Shown piece by piece: positions 53,368-59,856 of a DNA stretch of 59,856 bases; the stretch's first letter is position 1, and each line of letters begins with the position of its first letter. Origin of the DNA: Chrysochromulina tobinii (lineage: Eukaryota); the NCBI GenBank assembly GCA_001275005.1, contig JWZX01003346.1, positions 1 through 59,856 on the forward strand, written 5' to 3'. Both the position numbers and the translations under genes were made by a program. Below the pieces are notes generated by a model that saw only the letters and a program-made list of their open reading frames with translations, made no database searches and was not told the DNA's origin.

Positions 53368-54435
53368 ATGGTCAAGAAACAGGTCTACAAACTATGCCGC
53401 GGCCGCCCGTGCGTGGGAAAGGGGTTTGCGCCGAAGTTCAAGGGAGCCTCGGCGTGGTGCCGCAAGTGCCACGTCGCAGGAATCGCAGAGGGTGAGTGGA
53501 TCCCGCAAGTCCAGCCGAGAGGCGTGGGTGCCCGTCCCTCACGGCAGGCAGTCAGTGGATGGCCTGAAACCCTGGCGAAGCTTGGGGGCAAGCAGGCGGC
53601 CAAAGCCGTGTACCCACGTCGTGTCGCGCTGTCTCTCACTCGCAAGCGCTCCAAGAAGCTGCTCGCCATGCCGCATATGCTCGAGCTGGCGGCGTGCGCT
53701 TGTGGCAAGCCATCGGCGGACTTCATCTTCAAGCTCCACGGGCGTTGGGTGCGCGACTGGGACGCGCTCGCCGCGCATGTCTCCAAGCACGCCAAGAACG
53801 CGCTGCGGCTTCTTGGAGCGCTTGAGGCCACTGGGTGCGTGTCTCGCCTCTGCCCAGCCTCGCTCCTTGCCTTGTGTCTCACATGTCTCCGTGCCTGTGG
53901 CAGGTGTCTCGTCTTCTGCTCAACCGATGTCGAGACTAAGCCCGGGGTCATCACCCAGGCGGGCGTCGCGAAGATCAGCTTCAAGAAGGGCTCCAAGGAG
54001 GGCGCCATCGAGGACGAGACGCTCGTCGAGACGCTCTTCGACATCGGCAACAAGTCGGAGGAGCTCTCGGCTCATCAGATGGCGGCGTACGGTGTCGCGA
54101 TCCGCAAGCAGGTGGTCCGGAACAATCTCATCGTCCATCATGGCGGCACGGAGGCCGCCATCTGCGAGAAGCTCGGTATCCCCGCGGACATGGTGTGCGA
54201 CCAGCTCGGCGTCATCCGGTTCCTGCTGGGCCACAAGGGCTCTCTATCGCAGTTGCCCCATGACAAGATGGTCCCCCTCGGCATGGAGTGGCTCGCCAAA
54301 CTCGTGCTCGGCGAGGTCCACGACCACACCGCCGCGGGCGACGCCATCCGGCAAGGCAAGGTGCTCGTGTTCATACTCCAGGCGTATCGCGACTTCATGC
54401 AGAATTCCGAGGCCAAGGCCGAGGCCGAGGCCGAA

Positions 54436-54471
<36 letters not shown>

Positions 54472-55104
54472 AACGATGACTTCTGGCAGGAAATGGCAGC
54501 TCGCGTCTCTGACGCCTCCGAGCTACTCTTAGCGCGCCAAGAGCCAGTGCAGCCACTTGCCAAAAAAAGCCGTGCGCTGCCGCCGCTTCAGCCGTCCTCA
54601 TCGCCGCCGGCACGCGCCTCGGCAGGCACCTCGGCCCCGCCACTGGCTCACTACCGCGCGTCGCAGCCGCCGACCCTCGGCTCTCAGCCCATCGGAGCGC
54701 TGACGCTGCGAGCGGCGCCGCCGGCACGCGCCTCGGCAGGCACCTCGGCCCCGCCACTGGCTCACTACCGCGCGTCGCAGCCGCCGACCCTCGGCTCTCA
54801 GCCCATCGGAGCGCTGACGCTGCGAGCGGCGCCCGCGTCCGAGGAGGACTGGCAGCTGTCGGACGAGGCGCTGGCAAGCTTGCCAGACGTGGTGCCAATA
54901 ACCTCTCAGCCCATCGGAGCGCTGACGCTGCGAGCGGCGCCCGCGTCCGAGGAGGACTGGCAGCTGTCGGACGAGGCGCTGGCAAGCTTGCCAGACGTGG
55001 TGCCAATAACCGCCGCGCCACCTCCGCTCGGTACGGCGCCCAACAACGAAGATGATTGGCTTTTCTGGCATCTGCCTGTCGAGGCGCTGGCAAGCTCGCC
55101 ATGA
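53368..55104 (+). CDS. DEDDh 3'-5' exonuclease-like protein with Cys-rich N-terminus and repetitive acidic tail; probable intron 53835-53903
   Basis: ExoI-like STDVET, ExoII-like IVHHGGTE and ExoIII-like HTAAGDA. In-frame gtgcgt...ggcag intron. ED repeat and internal duplications. Confidence 0.6.
54602..55011 (+). repeat. Two overlapping coding tandem duplications (114 nt x2 and 108 nt x2)
   Basis: Near-perfect copies starting at 54602/54716 and at 54795/54903. Confidence 0.95.
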
Positions 55105-55367
55105 TGCGAGAGGCGCGCCGATCGGACGGCCAGAGAAAGCTCGAGGAAGACGAGGCAGAGAGCGGAGCGGAGCAAAGCGGGTAGGGACTCGCTCGCCATG
55201 ATGCGAGAGGCGCGCCGATCGGACGGCCAGAGAAAGCTCGAGGAAGACGAGGCAGAGAGCGGAGCGGAGCAAAGCGGGTAGGGACTCGGGAGGCGGGCCG
55301 GATCAGATCTGTCCTCTGTCCTCTGTCCTATGTCCTCTGTCCTCTGTCCTCTGTCCTCTGTCCTCTG
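55094..55367 (+). repeat. 97-nt tandem duplication spanning the stop codon, followed by (TCTGTCC)n
   Basis: Copies at 55094 and 55191. About 8 heptamers at 55308-55367. Confidence 0.95.
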
Positions 55368-55892
55368 AGCCGAGGGTTTGGCTCGTGCTAGACTTTGGGA
55401 AATTTCCCAAAGTAGCCGCTTGTGTGAGCGACGGTCTGGCTTTTCGTTAGAAAAAAACGGGTTCACACGAGTCCCTCGATTGTGCCGGCGCTCAAGGCGG
55501 CGCTCGACCTGCGCGAGCGCACAGCGTTCCGTTCATTCTCGTGGTGGGTGGGCCCACCCCGCGTGAACGTTTTTGTGGGTGGGTGGCTGAGGCCGGAGGC
55601 CTTAAAATTTTAGTCTGAGTGGGTGGGTGGGTATGGTGTGCAAGCGGCCAGGGCCTCATAGTGAGTGGGGTGGGTGGGTGTTCCTGCCGCCGCGGCCAGA
55701 CCTCCCCCTGGTTTCCGACCTCAACGATACACGTGTCACGGGACAGGAGTCCGACATCTTGGTTTTCGAGCTTACTTTCGAACTCGTATGCATGCAAGAC
55801 AAATCAAGTCGAATCAAGTATGAACGCAATATTTCACAGCAGAGTAGCTGACTTTTTACCACGAAACGCAATCGAGGGAACGTGTGCATGCG

Positions 55893-56741
55893 ATGCCTGA
55901 GTCCGCCGACCCAACGGAGGACGTGGCCGCCGACGCATTGACTCTGCTCTCGATCTGCGTGCTGCTCTGGCTCGTGTCTCTGCGACTGGGAAAGACGTGG
56001 CCGGTCGACTTCATCTGGTCGGGATGGCCGCTGCTGCAGTGCGCGCTGATCATCGCCAGGGACCCGCACGGCGGACTGTTTGCCAGGCGCGCTCTCACTT
56101 GCACGCTCGTTGCGCTGTGGGGCGGGCGACTCACGTACAATTTCGTCTCGCGCGGTGGCATCGGGCACGAGGACTGGCGCTACACCGACATGCGACAGCA
56201 GTTCGGAAGCCACTTCTGGTGGGTGAGCTTCTTTTCCGTTTTCCTCGGCCAGTCCATCTTCATGTTCGGCGGATGCCTGTCGCTCTACGACGCGCTCCTC
56301 GAGACGCACGCGCTCGACGTCTTCGACGCTGCCGCCGCCTGCGTGTCGCTAGGAGCGATCTCGCTCGAGGCGACCGCCGACTTGCAGATGGATGCCTTCC
56401 AACGCGAACGGCGGATGGTCACGACGGCGCCAGTCATCGACCGAGGGGTGTGGCTGTGGAGCCGGCACCCAAACTACTTCGCGGAGGCGTCGTGGTGGTG
56501 GGGCCTGTGGTTCTTGAGTGCGCGATCGGGCGGGCCGGGTGGGCTAGCATGGATCGGTCCAGCCGGGATCACGAGCCTCTTCCTCCTCATCTCCATCAAG
56601 CTGCTCGAGGACCGGCAGCTGCGTACCAAAGGGGCGGCCTACCTTGAGTACATGAGGGACGTGCCGTCGGACCTGATCCCGATCCCGCCGGCCCTGGCTC
56701 GCGTGCTGGGCCCTCAGTGGCTCACCCTCGGGCGGCATTGA
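55893..56741 (+). CDS. DUF1295/steroid 5-alpha-reductase-like membrane protein
   Basis: VDFIWS, EDWRY, EATADLQM and GVWLWSRHPNYFAE. Confidence 0.9.
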   Translation: MPESADPTEDVAADALTLLSICVLLWLVSLRLGKTWPVDFIWSGWPLLQCALIIARDPHGGLFARRALTCTLVALWGGRLTYNFVSRGGIGHEDWRYTDMRQQFGSHFWWVSFFSVFLGQSIFMFGGCLSLYDALLETHALDVFDAAAACVSLGAISLEATADLQMDAFQRERRMVTTAPVIDRGVWLWSRHPNYFAEASWWWGLWFLSARSGGPGGLAWIGPAGITSLFLLISIKLLEDRQLRTKGAAYLEYMRDVPSDLIPIPPALARVLGPQWLTLGRH

Positions 56742-56874
56742 AGCCTTGATCACGATGACGGAATTTGTATGATGTGACTCGACGGTCCGGTGAGATATCG
56801 GAGAATTATCCCTGACGAACCCTACCGGTACAGTTCTGTTCCATGCTCATCACCATAGTACTCATTCCAAGGCT

Positions 56875-57456
56875 CTATGAGTAGCCCCATGGCCAAGTGG
56901 TTGTCAACATTTCCTCGTCGCGACGGACACTCTCCAGTCGCTGGAGCTCGGTCGCAGCGAGAGCAGAGGCTCTCGCCTTCGCACTGGCAACATTGGCAGG
57001 TGCGGTGTCGCCAGAACGACGGCTCGCGAGCTCTAGGCACGCTTTGCTCGAGGCGTCAACAAAAGGCAGATCGCACGCCGACAAGCCCGATGCCCACAGC
57101 ATCAGGTTGAGGAGGATGACGGGCCCAACTGGCGTGCCGAAGAACGCCTCAACTGGCGTCACCTTGGTTGCGACGTAGGAGTTGATGACAGCCGTTATTT
57201 TCGCGTCGGTGAGTGGCGCGAGATCCGGATAGGCCGCACGGAGTGCGTCAAACTTCTCAGGATCAATGGCCACCTTTTCATCAAACGTCGTACCAGAAAG
57301 TGCTGCGACCGAGAACTCCGCCGTCTTGAAGGCTTCGACAAAGGCCTTTTGCTGCGGCGCCGGAAGATTGAGGCCGCGCGTCGAGTCGACCGAGTACTGC
57401 ATCGTCGGAGGTACGAAGCGCGTCGGCGAAAAGGCGAGGAGGTGGACGAGTTTCAT
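56875..57456 (-). CDS. Hypothetical, probably plastid-targeted membrane protein
   Basis: Presequence-like start MKLVHLLAFSPTRF and one TM (PVGPVILLNLMLW). Confidence 0.6.
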   Translation of the reverse strand: MKLVHLLAFSPTRFVPPTMQYSVDSTRGLNLPAPQQKAFVEAFKTAEFSVAALSGTTFDEKVAIDPEKFDALRAAYPDLAPLTDAKITAVINSYVATKVTPVEAFFGTPVGPVILLNLMLWASGLSACDLPFVDASSKACLELASRRSGDTAPANVASAKARASALAATELQRLESVRRDEEMLTTTWPWGYS

Positions 57457-57582
57457 TTTAATAATTGCGGAATTATTCACTTTGTTATGGAAAGAGAAGG
57501 GGCGCATGTACCGCGTCTCGTTTCGCGCCGTGTTGACAATGATTGACTTGCCTTGACAGTCTGACTCGTTGGCGCCAACAAA

Positions 57583-58200
57583 ATGGACGATGACACCGAC
57601 ACGGTGGTGCTGCGCGTGCAGTCGGAGAATCGGCTGCGCGGCGTGCCGGATGCAGCGCCCATCCTGTCCGATGGAACGCTCGCCGGTTCCGTGCTCGAAC
57701 TCGCGCAGACCCTCACCAAGAACAACGCAGTCCTCAAGGAGCGCACCGACGAGTGGTCGAGGCTGAACAAGATCCTCACCGAGTTCAAGCAGCACCTCGC
57801 GTGGCAGCAGCAACGCAAGCAGCAGCTGCAGCGCAATCTGGAGCGCCTGTACAACGAGACCTCCTGGCTCAGCAACAAGAGCGAAGAGATCAGGCAGGAC
57901 ACGCATGTGCTCGGGCATGAGCTGCGGCAGGCGGTGGGCGAGCTGAACAAGGTCAAGGCGCTGCGTGCGGCACGCCAGCAGGACCTGACGACGATTGAGG
58001 CCGAGCTCAAGCTCGAGACCAATGCGCACGCCGCCGTCAGCCACCTCTGCTCGCAGGCCAACAAGGCCTTGCTAGCGCACACGCGCGAGCGCGACGCCTG
58101 GCGAGCCGAGGCGGACCGCGCGCAGCAGGAGAGCAAGAAGCTCAAGGACCGGCTCGAGGAGATGGCGTACAAGGTCAACGGCCTCACAACCGCGCTGTAG
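57583..58200 (+). CDS. Coiled-coil protein
   Basis: Heptad-rich ORF with strong GC3 bias. Confidence 0.7.
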   Translation: MDDDTDTVVLRVQSENRLRGVPDAAPILSDGTLAGSVLELAQTLTKNNAVLKERTDEWSRLNKILTEFKQHLAWQQQRKQQLQRNLERLYNETSWLSNKSEEIRQDTHVLGHELRQAVGELNKVKALRAARQQDLTTIEAELKLETNAHAAVSHLCSQANKALLAHTRERDAWRAEADRAQQESKKLKDRLEEMAYKVNGLTTAL

Positions 58201-58411
58201 ACGCGCGCACCGGGCAGCCAGCGAGCGAGCCCGCCGCTGCCATGAGAGTCGGCGTGCCAGCGGCGAGACCGCGTCTGCGTCCGGTCCGCCGGCCCCCCAA
58301 ACCACCCGTTCTCCTCACCTGTGCGTGTCAACACTGTATAGAATCAACCCATGCAATTTTCGTTGAATACTTAGATTATCATCACAGTGTGGGGGCTCGT
58401 CAGCATGGCGC

Positions 58412-59856
58412 TCAGCCGCACTCGTCAAGGAAGACGAGCTGGTCGACGAGAGGCCAGAGGCGCAGCTTCGACTCGCCCAGGATGCTGAGCAGCTCGGAGC
58501 GCATGCGCTCGTCACAGCGCTCGTCGTCGTCCTCGCCCTCGGCCTCCACGCCCTCTTCGTCGCGCCGTCGCAGGTACGCATACACACGCTCAAACGTGGC
58601 GACGCCCAACTCCCGCCGGCAAGCTTCACGCAGAGCGGCGGCCCTCTCGGCTCCGGCAAGGCCGTGAGGCTCAGCGACGTCGTGGGCGTCGGCGTGGGCG
58701 TCGGGGCCGTCGCCGCCCTCGCCGTTGTAGTAGTCATAGTCGGGGCCTTCGTACGCATCGTCGCCCTCGTACTCCTCGTACTCATCGTACCCTGCCGCCG
58801 CCTCACCGTACCCTTTGACGTCCCCTACGATAGCGAGCTGCGGCGCGGCCGGCAGCCACGCGGCATCGTCGGTCAGGGCACGAAGGGTGCCACCTGGTAC
58901 TACGCGCTGCGCCGCGAGTGCCACTCCGAGCGCCGTGTCGAGCGCGGAGAGCTGCGCGTCGTCGAGGGTACCCGAATGGTACTCGTACAGCGCCGTGTCG
59001 AGCGCGCTCTCGAGCAGCGCGTCGGCGTCGGCGGCGGCGGCGGCGTCAGCGTGGTCCCCGATGCTGCCGCTGCCGCTGCCGCCGCTGCCGGCCGAGCTCA
59101 TGTACCTTGACGGAGGGAGAGTCAAGCGCGCCATGGTGAGCACTTGCATGCAAGGCAGGTCATCAGTGTGGCAATCAACGTACCTTGACGGAGGGAGAGT
59201 CTCGCGCGCCATGGTGAGCACTTGCATGCAAGGCAGGTCATCAGTGTGGCAATCAACGTACCTTGACGGAGGGAGAGTCTCGCGCAGCGTGCTCAGCACG
59301 ACGCTCGACACGACAGGCTCGCAAGCAATGAAGCCCTCCACCGCCGCAGCGGCTTTGCCAGCAGTGCCGGCGGAGGCGGCGGGCGGGGGGCGTCGCTTCG
59401 AGTGGCTCGTAGCGACCAGGGTGGCGCGGAGGAGCTGAATGTTGAGCTCACACGCCCCAAGCGTCTCCTCGCACTCCTCGAGCTGCCGCTCAACCTCGGC
59501 ATCTAAAGAAGGCCGCGGAAGGAGCGCTGTGCTGAGCGCTGTGCTGAGCGCTGTGCTGGAGGCATGTTGCACGGCGGCGAGCTCGCGCGCGAATTCGTCA
59601 ATCCCCATCGGCGGCGGCGGCGGCAGCACGTCGGCGCCGTCGAGGCCCTCGGTACCGTCGGCGGTGGCGGCGAGAGGTTCCGCTGACTTGTCGCGGGCGG
59701 GCGTGATGGGCGGAGATTCGTCACGGAGGGCAGCGAGGGTATGGCTGAGGAGCTCGTCCGCGCTCTTCGACTTGAGGCGCTCCTCGAGCGACTCCTCGGA
59801 CGAGAGGGACGCATGCAGCGCGACGGCGTCGTAGTATGCAGCCTCCTCCGCCAGCA
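58412..59856 (-). CDS. 3' part of a protein with a NEK1/NEK11-like C-terminal helical domain (5' end outside window)
   Basis: LREACRRELGVATFERVYAYLR...LLSILGESKLRLWPLVDQLVFLD resembles the C-terminus of NIMA-related kinases. The kinase domain is not seen. Confidence 0.55.
   Translation of the reverse strand, partial: LAEEAAYYDAVALHASLSSEESLEERLKSKSADELLSHTLAALRDESPPITPARDKSAEPLAATADGTEGLDGADVLPPPPPMGIDEFARELAAVQHASSTALSTALSTALLPRPSLDAEVERQLEECEETLGACELNIQLLRATLVATSHSKRRPPPAASAGTAGKAAAAVEGFIACEPVVSSVVLSTLRETLPPSRYVDCHTDDLPCMQVLTMARETLPPSRYVDCHTDDLPCMQVLTMARLTLPPSRYMSSAGSGGSGSGSIGDHADAAAAADADALLESALDTALYEYHSGTLDDAQLSALDTALGVALAAQRVVPGGTLRALTDDAAWLPAAPQLAIVGDVKGYGEAAAGYDEYEEYEGDDAYEGPDYDYYNGEGGDGPDAHADAHDVAEPHGLAGAERAAALREACRRELGVATFERVYAYLRRRDEEGVEAEGEDDDERCDERMRSELLSILGESKLRLWPLVDQLVFLDECG
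59106..59261 (-). mobile_element. Tandem dimer of a 78-nt family-A intron unit
   Basis: Minus strand: 2 x gtacgttgattgccacactgatgacctgccttgcatgcaagtgctcaccatggcgc plus a copy of the upstream exon end gactctccctccgtcaag. Confidence 0.8.

Noticed and set aside
57457..58044. N-terminal extension of ORF 56875-58044
   Set aside because: It is antisense to the coiled-coil gene and crosses an AT-rich intergenic stretch. The start at 57456 is more plausible.
59101..59290. Repeat-spacer-repeat pattern resembling a CRISPR array
   Set aside because: The spacers are identical, the context is a eukaryotic gene, and there are no cas genes. It is explained as a tandem intron unit.

Overview
GC-rich, gene-dense eukaryotic nuclear DNA with short spliceosomal introns. 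It is most likely from a haptophyte alga (Chrysochromulina-like); this is inferred from gene content, presequences and intron style, not proven. About 36 protein-coding genes can be built. They include a RelA/SpoT-type TGS gene (partial), a 2OG-Fe(II) oxygenase, MLH3, DGAT2-like, NDUFB10, MIC19-like, HET-like/ankyrin, GH16, PILS-like, two HIR/SPFH paralogues, GT47, GT23-like, DHHC, a hydrolase-GNAT fusion, a DEDDh exonuclease-like gene and a NEK-like 3' end. No rRNA, tRNA or CRISPR array was seen. The most striking signal is in the introns. Nine or ten introns in unrelated genes are flanked by 14-33 nt direct duplications of the neighbouring exon at or across the splice junction. Most enclose either a shared core (GCATGCA(A/C)G(T/C)GCTCAC(C)ACGGCGC, containing a branch-point-like CTCAC) or a related TGATTGCCTC-type filler, and three are tandem dimers. 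This looks like a recently active intron-generating (introner-like) system using long, variable target duplications rather than terminal inverted repeats.
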